IMG/VR virus record: IMGVR_UViG_3300033075_001165
Origin: an uncultured virus (IMG/VR IMGVR_UViG_3300033075_001165)
Lineage: Duplodnaviria; Heunggongvirae; Uroviricota; Caudoviricetes
DNA length: 20,000 nucleotides
Strand: one strand, 5' to 3'
Under the pieces are notes generated by a model, which saw nothing but the letters and a program-made list of their open reading frames with translations, was not told the origin of the DNA and ran no database searches. Shown piece by piece: positions 1 through 8,451 of the stretch. Made by a program: the position numbers and the translations under genes. How positions within the stretch are numbered: position 1 is the stretch's first letter; each line of letters starts with the position of its first letter.

Positions 1-294
1 GTAGCATTCTTTTGGGCGCTTGCTCATCAAGATAGTGATGACGATAAAAAGCGTAAAACAGCTTTAGATGCTCAAAATGCTTTATCTCAAATGTTATTTA
101 TATTTGACCCTAACACATTAAAGTGGACAGTTACAAGACCAGTAGCGGCTTTAGGGACTGTTGAAAAAATGATTAATGTAGTGGAAGATATTAAGAATCA
201 TGAAGCTAAGAAGGCTGGCAAGGATATTATGAAATTAGTGCCCGCTAATAAAGTTTTAAAAATTAAGGAAACGGTTGAAGATTTAACAAAATAA
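1..294 (+). CDS. C-terminal part of a larger protein (5'-truncated by the window edge), probably virion-associated
   Basis: Frame +1 is open from base 1 (VAFFWALAHQDSDDDKKRK...) to TAA at 294. Function inferred from context only. Confidence 0.6.
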   Translation, partial: VAFFWALAHQDSDDDKKRKTALDAQNALSQMLFIFDPNTLKWTVTRPVAALGTVEKMINVVEDIKNHEAKKAGKDIMKLVPANKVLKIKETVEDLTK

Positions 295-323
295 TTAATA
301 TATTTACCCTAAAATTTAACTAA

Positions 324-947
324 ATGTCAGCTCCTTCAATAAGTCCCGATGTTACCACAAACACTACATGTGATGGATTAACATTCAATGATACTACAGT
401 ATATACTGGCACAGATATTACAACGGCTCAAGTGACAAGTGCTACTATTAGATTGGCATATTCGTCTCTTGATACAGCTATACAATATGTGTTTACAATA
501 TCAAGTAACGTTGTTACGGCAGTTACGCTGGCGGTATCTTCAAACGAGCCAGTTGATATTTCATCTTACATAGGTGATACTATTAGTGATGCGTTTCCAT
601 TTGTAGATTTCGATTTATCGGGCGATTATGGTGTAACTATTCCAGCAGTAGAAGACGGCGTTTATTATACAACTTATCGTGTGCAAGGTAATAACGGTTC
701 TCCTTTTAGTTATACTGGTACTCAGCAAGTATTAATTTCTTGCGCAGCGTGTTGTTGTGTGGCTGGATTATTTGCTAATTTGGATGCAAATTGCGGCTGT
801 AGTGATAAGGCGTGGATGAAAGCTATGCGTGCTCAGGCGTATTTAAACGCTTCAAGATTTGCAACTGATGTTGGTGATGTAGATAATGCAGTGGCGGCTT
901 TAAATTTGGCTACAGGGATTTGCGAAGGAAACTGTAATTGTGGATAG
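324..947 (+). CDS. Putative virion structural protein, T/S/V-rich with Cys-rich C-terminus
   Basis: 207 aa, beta-rich composition, CAACCC...CGC...CEGNCNCG; A-rich start context; neighbours a collagen-repeat gene. Confidence 0.6.
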   Translation: MSAPSISPDVTTNTTCDGLTFNDTTVYTGTDITTAQVTSATIRLAYSSLDTAIQYVFTISSNVVTAVTLAVSSNEPVDISSYIGDTISDAFPFVDFDLSGDYGVTIPAVEDGVYYTTYRVQGNNGSPFSYTGTQQVLISCAACCCVAGLFANLDANCGCSDKAWMKAMRAQAYLNASRFATDVGDVDNAVAALNLATGICEGNCNCG

Positions 948-1689
948 TATGAAAAAAGGATATATATACTCTTTAAATGACCCTATTACAGATATTCCAA
1001 GATATATTGGATGGAGTGGTCAATTGGAAGCGAGATATAAACGTCATTGTAATACTAAAGAAAAAACCCATAAAGGGCATTGGATAAGAAAACTTAAATC
1101 CGAAGGACTTAAACCGAATTTAGAAATTATTGATGAGGTGAATATTGAAGAGTGTGCTTTTTGGGAACAACACTATATTAGCCTTTATAAATCTTGGAAT
1201 TTTAAATTAGTTAATTCATCTTTTGGAGGAGAGGGGACGATAGGATATAATATGCCTTCTTGGGTTAAAGATAAAATTGTAAAAACTAAAAGAGAAAATG
1301 GTACTTTTGAAATTGCTTCTAAAAAAGCGGCGGAAACATGGTTGAAAAATCCGAGAAGATTGTTAGTTTTAAAAGAGGTTGCTATAAAAAATAAGGAAAA
1401 CGGCACGTATGAATTAGCTCGAGAAAGAATGCGAACTGATAAAAATCCAGGAAAAAAACAAATGAAACCTGTTTTACAATACGATTTTGATGGAACGTTT
1501 ATTAAAGAATGGGAATCAGGAGCAGGCGCTGGTAAAAAACTTAATATATCAAGGGAGCGCATAGGAAGAAATTGTAGGAATATATTAAAAACAGCTGGTG
1601 GATTTCAGTGGAAATATAAAACAAATGAAATTATATACAATATAAGTCCAATTGTAGCAAAAAGGTCTTTAAGATTTAAAAAATTATAA
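940..1689 (+). CDS. GIY-YIG homing endonuclease with C-terminal NUMOD1-like DNA-binding domain
   Basis: N-terminal YIY...YIG...R...H...E motif; C-terminal KPVLQYDFDGTFIKEWES...I...C...TAGGFQWKY typical of NUMOD1/IENR1. Confidence 0.85.
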   Translation: MDSMKKGYIYSLNDPITDIPRYIGWSGQLEARYKRHCNTKEKTHKGHWIRKLKSEGLKPNLEIIDEVNIEECAFWEQHYISLYKSWNFKLVNSSFGGEGTIGYNMPSWVKDKIVKTKRENGTFEIASKKAAETWLKNPRRLLVLKEVAIKNKENGTYELARERMRTDKNPGKKQMKPVLQYDFDGTFIKEWESGAGAGKKLNISRERIGRNCRNILKTAGGFQWKYKTNEIIYNISPIVAKRSLRFKKL

Positions 1690-1708
1690 AACTTTAAAAT
1701 AAAATATT

Positions 1709-2203
1709 ATGTGTTTAAATAATTGCAATTGCGTAACAAGAATAGTATCAACTCGGGGTGCTACGGGGGCTACGGGAGCGACTGGCGCAACGGGAGCTAC
1801 AGGTGCAACTGGGGCTACGGGAAGTCCACCTCCAACTTATTATACCTATCAAGGGTATTCATCAACTAATGATATTTACGCTGGTGGTAGTGGATATTTA
1901 TATCAAGTTTCTGGGGGATTACCAGCTGGAACTAATGTAGTTTATGATATTATGTTTAATATTTCATCAACGGCAGCAAGAACTGTAACTTTATATCCAG
2001 TAGTTAACGGAACGCCAGATACAACATATCAAGTGGTTGTTACTATGCCAGCTCCTGTAGGTGGTGTTAGTAGTATTAATGTTCCTATGTCTGGATTTGC
2101 GGCTTATGCAACTGGCAATTCTTTTAAAATAATGGTTATGGCTGATAGTGGAACGGGAACTCCTGTATTAAAAACGGTGATGGGTCATTATTATGTTATT
2201 TAG
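1709..2203 (+). CDS. Collagen-like (Gly-X-Y) fibre/decoration protein
   Basis: (GAT)7 repeat followed by PPP and a beta-rich C-terminal domain. Confidence 0.75.
   Translation: MCLNNCNCVTRIVSTRGATGATGATGATGATGATGATGSPPPTYYTYQGYSSTNDIYAGGSGYLYQVSGGLPAGTNVVYDIMFNISSTAARTVTLYPVVNGTPDTTYQVVVTMPAPVGGVSSINVPMSGFAAYATGNSFKIMVMADSGTGTPVLKTVMGHYYVI
1757..1819 (+). repeat. 7 x 9-bp coding repeat GGN-GCN-ACN (Gly-Ala-Thr)
   Basis: Units differ only at third codon positions, indicating protein-level selection. Confidence 0.9.
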
Positions 2204-2482
2204 ATGTTAGTAGCTGACGATATATTTTTAACGGTTTTAAGAGCCAAATGCACTGCGGGATGTTGGGCAAAGCAATTGTCTGATAGATTTTATTCTGGTG
2301 ATAATATCACTTGTGATGAGAAGAAATTCATGCTTTTAACACAATGGATATTAATTATGGAAGGGTATTATTGTGATAATTATGATACAAATAATTCGCA
2401 GATAACCCCCGACTATCCATGTTTAACCGAAACCCAAGCAGAACAATTATTAGCTAAAATTAAGATAATGATAGGTATTTAG
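2204..2482 (+). CDS. Hypothetical protein, last gene of the + strand module
   Basis: 92 aa; ATG directly abuts the previous stop (TAGATG). Confidence 0.7.
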   Translation: MLVADDIFLTVLRAKCTAGCWAKQLSDRFYSGDNITCDEKKFMLLTQWILIMEGYYCDNYDTNNSQITPDYPCLTETQAEQLLAKIKIMIGI

Positions 2483-2496
2483 ATTTCATACCTATC
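2470..2496. terminator. Hairpin between convergent modules, possible terminator
   Basis: GATAGGTAT-N9-ATACCTATC perfect 9-bp stem followed by a T-rich tract, at the + / - strand switch. Confidence 0.45.
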
Positions 2497-2804
2497 TATT
2501 CTTTATTGTGTTGGGTTAATTTAGCGTTATAGGTGTTTCTAATGATTGTTTTTTCAAGTATCAATTCATGTTCTGTGATTTTTAAAAACGCTTGCCTGTA
2601 TTTTTTAGGGCTATTTATAGCAACCCAAATCTTTTACCCTCAATTAATTGTGTAAAAAGTTCAATACATTGGTCATAAGTTTTTTTAGACCCATAACCAC
2701 CATAAACAAATTTTCCAGTTTCCATCTTTTCATTTCCTCCCTTTACAGGTTAATTCTTGCAATTATAGTTTGGCGTCATAAGTTTATAGTTAATTCAGTA
2801 TTGG

Positions 2805-3047
2805 TTAATGAAATACTTCATCGTATTGTTTTCTTCCTTGCCAGTATTTTGATTTGAATTTTACTTCTATAGGTTTTTTACCTAAACAAACACAGCAAAG
2901 AATTGATTTTTTGCCTTGATGAGCTTCTTTATAATAACATTTATGTGGGTCTATAGGCTTTAATCCATGAAACTTATCTGCTTTAATACTACATGAAGTT
3001 AGTATAATTGAAATAAGTAATATTTTAATAATTTTCTTTGCTTCCAT
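2805..3047 (-). CDS. Small putative lipoprotein
   Basis: MEAKKIIKILLISIILTSC: basic N-terminus, hydrophobic stretch and lipobox-like LTSC. Confidence 0.6.
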   Translation of the reverse strand: MEAKKIIKILLISIILTSCSIKADKFHGLKPIDPHKCYYKEAHQGKKSILCCVCLGKKPIEVKFKSKYWQGRKQYDEVFH

Positions 3048-3193
3048 ACTTCAAATATAGTTAATTGTTATGGGTTATTGTTTTTGATTCTTTTTTTTTA
3101 TTTATGCGACGTTGCTTTAAGTGCCAATAAATTTCAAACCCTAAAAAATAGACAACACAAACAACACACAGCCAATAATAAATCTCAAATACG

Positions 3194-3700
3194 TTATACA
3201 TCTTTCACCTCTTTCCCTTCTTCTGAGTTGGTGTATTTAGTTAAGACTCCCTGTGATATGTGCCAAAATAATTCATGACTTGATTCTTCGGGATTACAGC
3301 TTGTTCTTATTTGCTCTAATGCTAATTTAAAATCTTCTTTCTCCCCCTTCACTTCATCGAGTTCGGATTGGAGTGATTCATTTTCATTCTTTAATTCAAT
3401 ATTAGCCTTAATGAAATCTTGAGGGGTTTCAAAAAATAATTTATCGTATTTTGCTTTCAATTCCTCAATCTCTCTCTTAGATTCCTCTAATTGTTGGGAG
3501 GTTATTGGTTCGTAGTGATGTGTTGTATTTCCTACTACTTTACATTCAGAACCACAAGTAGGACAATTTGTTACTGATTTAATAGCTTCTATTGGTGTTT
3601 TTCTCATTGGACACTTTATAGAATGACAATTAGTAAAATCTTTAGTTCTGCATTTCGGACATTCCTCTGCCGTTAAAGGCTTTTGTTTGTTATTGGTCAT
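3194..3700 (-). CDS. Hypothetical protein with CxxC motifs and coiled coil
   Basis: CPKC, CPTC; E/K-rich heptad C-terminus. Confidence 0.65.
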   Translation of the reverse strand: MTNNKQKPLTAEECPKCRTKDFTNCHSIKCPMRKTPIEAIKSVTNCPTCGSECKVVGNTTHHYEPITSQQLEESKREIEELKAKYDKLFFETPQDFIKANIELKNENESLQSELDEVKGEKEDFKLALEQIRTSCNPEESSHELFWHISQGVLTKYTNSEEGKEVKDV

Positions 3701-3864
3701 TGGGTTGGTGGTTTAATTATTATTAATGGATTCTATTTTATAATGAGCGGTATCTGTATAACAAATTTGGCTTATTTGTTCGACGGGAATTGTATCTGTG
3801 AAAACTAAATGTTTTCTAATCATCTTATCTACAATAAAAACACAACTATATACTTTTCTAACTT

Positions 3865-4134
3865 TCATTTCAATATGAGGTTCATCCGCCGTTTAATTTC
3901 ATTTTCGCTACAATCAGATAAATTGATTATAAAGCCACTTTCAAACAAGCTGTCGGTATATTTCAAAGCAGTGTTAGCTCTGGTATATCCTAATTTATAA
4001 GGTCTGTAATAGTCTCTAATTGAGTCTTGGTAGATTTTTGTATTGTCATCGGCGGATATTTTTGCTTTAAATAAGTAATACGATAATCCCATTAGAATTA
4101 TTATCACTATTAAAAATTGTTTGTCTCTTTTCAT
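3865..4134 (-). CDS. Hypothetical membrane-anchored protein
   Basis: N-terminal hydrophobic helix FLIVIIILMGLSYYLF. Confidence 0.55.
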   Translation of the reverse strand: MKRDKQFLIVIIILMGLSYYLFKAKISADDNTKIYQDSIRDYYRPYKLGYTRANTALKYTDSLFESGFIINLSDCSENEIKRRMNLILK

Positions 4135-4143
4135 ACTACCTTT

Positions 4144-4169
4144 AACGAATGATATTAAAAAAGGTTACA
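4144..4169 (-). promoter_or_regulatory. Putative ECF-sigma-type promoter
   Basis: Minus strand TGTAAC-N16-CGTT just upstream of the 4134 start; same motif at 19623-19649. Confidence 0.5.
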
Positions 4170-4182
4170 AAAAATTATTACT

Positions 4183-4644
4183 TTATTTATATTGTTTCTT
4201 AAGCTCTGATTCTAAGGCAAATACTCTTTCCCAATTTTCGCCAGTTAATTCTGAACGCGGATTAAAATCAAATTTAGAATGACAGCCACTACCATCTATT
4301 TTGTAGCACATTATACGTATATTATTAGGGTCTAAGCGGGCTTCTGGGCATCTGCTTTTTCTGAGTATATGAGCAAAATTATGATGTGTTATAAGGCTTA
4401 TTTTCTCTTTACATACAAAACATCTTGTTTCAACATCGCCAAGTTTTTCAAGGACAATTTCAAATACATGTTTCTCTCCCGTAGCTTCTTTTTTGTAAAC
4501 ATATCCGCCAGTTTTTTTGCCAGATGCTTTCTTTTTAGCTTGCTTATTCTCATGATTACAATATTGACAAACCCCGCTTTTAACGGGGATTATCACATCT
4601 GTTCTTGAGCACTGAACGCAATTTCCTATATGAATTTTGAACAA
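4183..4644 (-). CDS. HNH/NinG-like Zn-binding endonuclease
   Basis: CFVC...AHIL.KS..PEARLDPNNIRIMC...CH pattern; start codon uncertain. Confidence 0.65.
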   Translation of the reverse strand: MFKIHIGNCVQCSRTDVIIPVKSGVCQYCNHENKQAKKKASGKKTGGYVYKKEATGEKHVFEIVLEKLGDVETRCFVCKEKISLITHHNFAHILRKSRCPEARLDPNNIRIMCYKIDGSGCHSKFDFNPRSELTGENWERVFALESELKKQYK

Positions 4645-4687
4645 TTTTGTTAGATTTTAAGCATAGTTAAATTATAGAACAATTTTG

Positions 4688-5206
4688 TTACGCATTCCCT
4701 TTAGGATTCTCAAGGTCTAAAGCTTCGAGTTTAGCCACATTAGCAAATCCTTCTTTTCTTGAGTCATTACGTTTTTCCATACGCCCTTTAAACGCTGGTA
4801 CAATGTAAGTTTCGGGGGTTACTGCACAATAGATGTTATGTTCATTAACTACTAAGTAAGTGTTACCGTCAGAATGTAGTATTTGAAAGTAATTTTGATA
4901 AGCATCAAATAACACTCGCTGAGATATTTTGATAGGCAACGACACATCTGCCCCTAATCGCGCGATAATTCCAATTTTAGTATCCCCTTCTTTATCACCA
5001 GTCCCTCTTAGGAATATACCTGAAGGTGTTTTGCGGTCTTTTTGTACTGCTGGTAATAATAAAATTTGATTTTTAAAAGGAATGGGGAGTCCTAATGGCG
5101 GAGTCCACTCGTCTTCTGATTCTAAAGCATAAATCTCTTTTAAGATTTCTTCTTTACGTTCTGCTCTTTCTCTTTCGATTTTCTGTGTAAATGTTTCTTT
5201 TTCCAT
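4688..5206 (-). CDS. groES: Phage co-chaperonin, GroES/Cpn10-like
   Basis: PFKNQILL...KTPSGIFL (mobile loop)...GIIARLG...RVLFD...YLVVNEHNIYCAV matches the Cpn10 pattern; N- and C-terminal extensions. Confidence 0.75.
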   Translation of the reverse strand: MEKETFTQKIERERAERKEEILKEIYALESEDEWTPPLGLPIPFKNQILLLPAVQKDRKTPSGIFLRGTGDKEGDTKIGIIARLGADVSLPIKISQRVLFDAYQNYFQILHSDGNTYLVVNEHNIYCAVTPETYIVPAFKGRMEKRNDSRKEGFANVAKLEALDLENPKGNA

Positions 5207-5208
5207 TG

Positions 5209-5793
5209 TTATTTATCTTTTATTATAATTACTACTTTTTGTTCAATTTGTTTTACTTTAATTTGAGAGGGGATAAACTTAGATACAATTCGAGGGCTAT
5301 CATCGGCGATAATTTTCATTTTAACTAACGCGTCGCCTATATGTTTAAAGCTGGCACAAAAATTATCCCAGTCCATAAATCTATTTTTATATCCAATGTA
5401 TTCAATAGTTACTTCGCCTATATGTTGTCTCATTTTGTTTTCTCGAAGCTGTTGAGATATGATAGTTTGATAAAGCTCTTTTTGTTTCTTTGTATTTGAC
5501 CAGTGACTTCTCATTAATCCTTTACTTCCGTTTAATCCAGCTATTAATCCGTCAATTACTAATACAGAGTGTTGGGGTAAAGAAATGGACGTAGAATCAT
5601 TAATTTCAGTAGGTTTAGTTAAGGTGTGCGTTTTTCTTTGAACAGAAGCGTTAGTTTCTATTGGAATATACCCTTTCTTTTGCCCTATAAACCCCTTTTT
5701 TATAACAGGAGGTATAAAGTTGCCATTAACATCTTTAGTGTATCCACGCTCAAGAAACCAGTCCTCTGTAAAATTATCAGGTTTTTTAGCCAT
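5209..5793 (-). CDS. RusA-like Holliday junction resolvase
   Basis: DWDN...K...DALV...IIADDS catalytic-type motif (DxDN/K/D/DD). Confidence 0.75.
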   Translation of the reverse strand: MAKKPDNFTEDWFLERGYTKDVNGNFIPPVIKKGFIGQKKGYIPIETNASVQRKTHTLTKPTEINDSTSISLPQHSVLVIDGLIAGLNGSKGLMRSHWSNTKKQKELYQTIISQQLRENKMRQHIGEVTIEYIGYKNRFMDWDNFCASFKHIGDALVKMKIIADDSPRIVSKFIPSQIKVKQIEQKVVIIIKDK

Positions 5794-5968
5794 TGGTTAA
5801 AAATGAATTTAATATAGTTCTATTTGGGCTATTGCCATAAATCATTTTCATTAATTGACTTGCTTGTCTTGTAGAAATAAGGATTAAATCTTTCTTTACC
5901 CGTTTTTTTAATTTTCGGAGTAATCGTTTACATTTATACCAATCTCTTCTCATTACTTTACCCTCCAA
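5786..5968 (-). CDS. Small basic hypothetical protein
   Basis: Overlaps both neighbours in a tightly packed operon. Confidence 0.45.
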   Translation of the reverse strand: MEGKVMRRDWYKCKRLLRKLKKRVKKDLILISTRQASQLMKMIYGNSPNRTILNSFLTNG

Positions 5969-6198
5969 ACTCTATAACCAGATGCGGTTTTTCTTTTAAT
6001 AAATTCACGTTTAATGTACGGCATTTTGCCTTTAACAATTAATCTTCTAACCCTTGAGCAATTTTGTAAAAACCCGTACGATTCGTGATTTGTTTTAAAA
6101 AATATACTATCTCCTGTTTTCATTTTAATAATGATTTCGGATATTCCTTTTACGCCAATTTTTGGAGGCGGTATAGGTATGTTTTTTTCTATTTTCAT
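5953..6198 (-). CDS. Small phage protein (MKIEKNIPIP... RVWRV family), possibly DNA-binding
   Basis: Recognisable N-terminal KIEKNIPIP, M.GDS.F and C-terminal RVWR motifs. Confidence 0.65.
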   Translation of the reverse strand: MKIEKNIPIPPPKIGVKGISEIIIKMKTGDSIFFKTNHESYGFLQNCSRVRRLIVKGKMPYIKREFIKRKTASGYRVWRVK

Positions 6199-6527
6199 TT
6201 AAATAGTTCTTGGTGTTTTTTAAGATTATTTATACACTCCAATTCATTATACGCTGATATTTCATACACAATTTTTCCTTTTTTAATCATTGGCTCTCCT
6301 ATGGTTAATAAAATTTTTATCCCATATCGAAAACATAACCATAGAACTTGAACTTGTGTAAGTCCTGAAAAATTCTCCTCTTTACGATAGTTCGACATTT
6401 GTGATTTAGTTAAAATCATACCCCTCTCCTCAGCATCTTTAATGATATGAGCGTTTTTTAATCCAAGTTCATTCCATCGTGTTAAGAGGCATTTGTGTAT
6501 TCCTTTTGATTCTTTAATTAAGTCCAT
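6195..6527 (-). CDS. Hypothetical protein, possible HTH
   Basis: LTKSQMSNYRK resembles an HTH recognition helix; ATGA overlap with the next gene. Confidence 0.55.
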   Translation of the reverse strand: MDLIKESKGIHKCLLTRWNELGLKNAHIIKDAEERGMILTKSQMSNYRKEENFSGLTQVQVLWLCFRYGIKILLTIGEPMIKKGKIVYEISAYNELECINNLKKHQELFK

Positions 6528-6529
6528 AA

Positions 6530-6850
6530 TTATACAGTGTATTCTTTAGCAAATTGTTCCCACATAAATTTAACGGGGGACTCTTTAATTTCTTTTACAT
6601 TTAGTTTTAATTCTTCAGGAGTGATTTTACCTTGATAAAGAGTTTGTCCAACTACATATTTACCATCTTCTCTTATTTCAATAATTAATACTTGAGAGTT
6701 AGTTGATTCATAAGATTCTGCACCTCTGCAAATAGGGTTTTCATACACTTCACCGCGAAATTCTAATCCTATTTCTTTTCCTTTTTTGTTAATTAATCCA
6801 TGTTCTGTGTAGTTATGGATAATCGTGTTTTCTGGGGTTATTGTTTCCAT
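6530..6850 (-). CDS. Hypothetical protein
   Basis: 106 aa, tightly packed in the operon. Confidence 0.65.
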   Translation of the reverse strand: METITPENTIIHNYTEHGLINKKGKEIGLEFRGEVYENPICRGAESYESTNSQVLIIEIREDGKYVVGQTLYQGKITPEELKLNVKEIKESPVKFMWEQFAKEYTV

Positions 6851-7306
6851 TTATTTTTTAATAATTGTTTTATAATATCGTGAATGATACTGCTCAGGGT
6901 CGGGGGTTGAAATATCATTTTCATCACACCAAAATCTTACTTTTTCTATAAACTCTGAGTATTCTTTTTTACTTAAATCGGCGCTACTTCTTACTTTATG
7001 CCTAATGTAGCTTTTGTCGGGCGTTACAACTTGTTCGGTGTAGCTTAGAAACAAATCAGCGAAAAATTCATGTATCTTATCATTGTTTTCAAAGTGAGCA
7101 AAATATTCAGAGTTTTTGCAAGCTGAATATATTGCCCCCCTTAGATACCCATGCATGTCGATTGAAGGTTTTTTATGCTGTTCTTCAATTATCTCCACAA
7201 AATTCTTTCCTTCAAGTTCTTGCAATTGTTGTTTATAAAGAAAGGGATTATCATACAGCTTTTTGCCGTTGACTACCCTTCCTCTATGTTTAATTACAAG
7301 TTTCAC
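6851..7306 (-). CDS. NinB/Orf-like recombination protein
   Basis: GYLRG...IHEFF...F and C-terminal RSSADLSKKEYSEFIEKVRFWC...I.TPDP motif; start codon uncertain. Confidence 0.7.
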   Translation of the reverse strand: MKLVIKHRGRVVNGKKLYDNPFLYKQQLQELEGKNFVEIIEEQHKKPSIDMHGYLRGAIYSACKNSEYFAHFENNDKIHEFFADLFLSYTEQVVTPDKSYIRHKVRSSADLSKKEYSEFIEKVRFWCDENDISTPDPEQYHSRYYKTIIKK

Positions 7307-7309
7307 AGA

Positions 7310-8080
7310 CTAAAACGGAAGGCCACTTTCTTCATTAGTATCAACACTATCTACACCTTGTATAATAGCATTTTTTATGGCGGGGTCAGCGAGATTAGAT
7401 TTACTGCTATTAACCGTTTCTGTGGCTACTGGCGCATTATTTGTAACGGCTGGTGTTTCGGTAGGGGCGGTGGCGTTACGTTCAAAATAAGCCTTTAAAT
7501 ACTCCTGTAATGTTTTGTCTAATTCAATAGCTTCAAGATTAGTTTCTTCTTTAATCTTTACAGCTTCAAACTTAGGCTCAAAATATTTTGTAGCTCCTTT
7601 TTTAGCGGGAGTGGCTGATTTAACCGTAACAGCACACTCCATAATTTTATTAGCTTTACAGAATTCAATCCAACTTGATAAAGCAGAACCGCGCATTTGA
7701 ATGTTGGCTAATCCTAAATTTTTGCCATCCATTTTAATTCCAATATACACCGATTGACAGTATTCAACTCCGTCTGCCGCCATTTTAGCCTTAATTTGTT
7801 CCCAAGTTCCAGTCATTTCAAGTCCTTTCTTAGAACGAACTGTTATAAGGTCTTTACGAATATCTTTTACTTCATTACTCCAATAACCGCCTTGATTGGC
7901 ATCATTAAACCCTTTTACAGTAGCGCAAGTATCAAGTACTAAAAATGTGAAGGGTAAAGGAACATCAACGTTTTGTTTTAATTCCTTATCATAATATTTA
8001 AAATTTCCGTTACTTCCTGACCATTCGTAAAAACGTGCTGCTGGATTAACTAATTGTTCATTTGGATTACTTCTACTCAT
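7310..8080 (-). CDS. Putative single-stranded DNA-binding protein
   Basis: Globular N-terminal domain, low-complexity linker and acidic tail ending EESGLPF. Confidence 0.6.
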   Translation of the reverse strand: MSRSNPNEQLVNPAARFYEWSGSNGNFKYYDKELKQNVDVPLPFTFLVLDTCATVKGFNDANQGGYWSNEVKDIRKDLITVRSKKGLEMTGTWEQIKAKMAADGVEYCQSVYIGIKMDGKNLGLANIQMRGSALSSWIEFCKANKIMECAVTVKSATPAKKGATKYFEPKFEAVKIKEETNLEAIELDKTLQEYLKAYFERNATAPTETPAVTNNAPVATETVNSSKSNLADPAIKNAIIQGVDSVDTNEESGLPF

Positions 8081-8116
8081 TTTATTTGTTTTTTAGATTA
8101 TTAATTTATCGGTTTA

Positions 8117-8162
8117 TATTTTACAAAGATACTAAAGGTTATTATATTTTACAACTTTATTT
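8117..8162 (-). promoter_or_regulatory. Bacteroidetes-type sigma-A promoter
   Basis: TATCTTTG (TAnnTTTG, -7) at 8124-8131 with TTG about 20 bp upstream; near-copy of 10774-10820. Confidence 0.65.
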
Positions 8163-8169
8163 TAAGATA

Positions 8170-8451
8170 TTAACTAAGTAATTCTAAATCAGTGTAATTA
8201 GTTTTAGTGTTTCGTTTTTTATGGTATTTACGTTGATATTTTTTGCGGGATTTTGTTAATCCTTTCTTCTTATTTCCATGTGTTTTTATAACTCCAAAAA
8301 AGGGTACGTCCAATCTAAATACCTGACCTCTTTTTAACACTCTGTTTATAGGAGAAACATAAGACTGTATTATCATACGAATGGCTTTTTCTTCAAATCT
8401 TGGATTCATCCGCGATAATTTTCTGTAAATATTATCCTTCTTAACTAGCAA
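8170..8451 (-). CDS. HU/IHF-like small basic DNA-binding protein (divergent)
   Basis: Helical N-terminus then VLKRGQVFRLDVPFFGVIK resembling the HU L..G..V...FG.F motif; very basic tail. Confidence 0.5.
   Translation of the reverse strand: MLVKKDNIYRKLSRMNPRFEEKAIRMIIQSYVSPINRVLKRGQVFRLDVPFFGVIKTHGNKKKGLTKSRKKYQRKYHKKRNTKTNYTDLELLS

Noticed and set aside
940..1708. GIY-YIG gene as part of a group I intron
   Set aside because: The ORF fills the gap between two complete genes, leaving no room for a ribozyme core.
1757..1819. Tandem repeat as CRISPR or contingency locus
   Set aside because: Synonymous variation shows a collagen-like coding repeat; there are no spacers.
2500..2857. Short ORFs in the convergent gap, including a minus-strand GGYGSKKT peptide resembling a Walker A
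   Set aside because: Under 70 aa, interrupted by stops and with no further ATPase motifs; cannot be supported.
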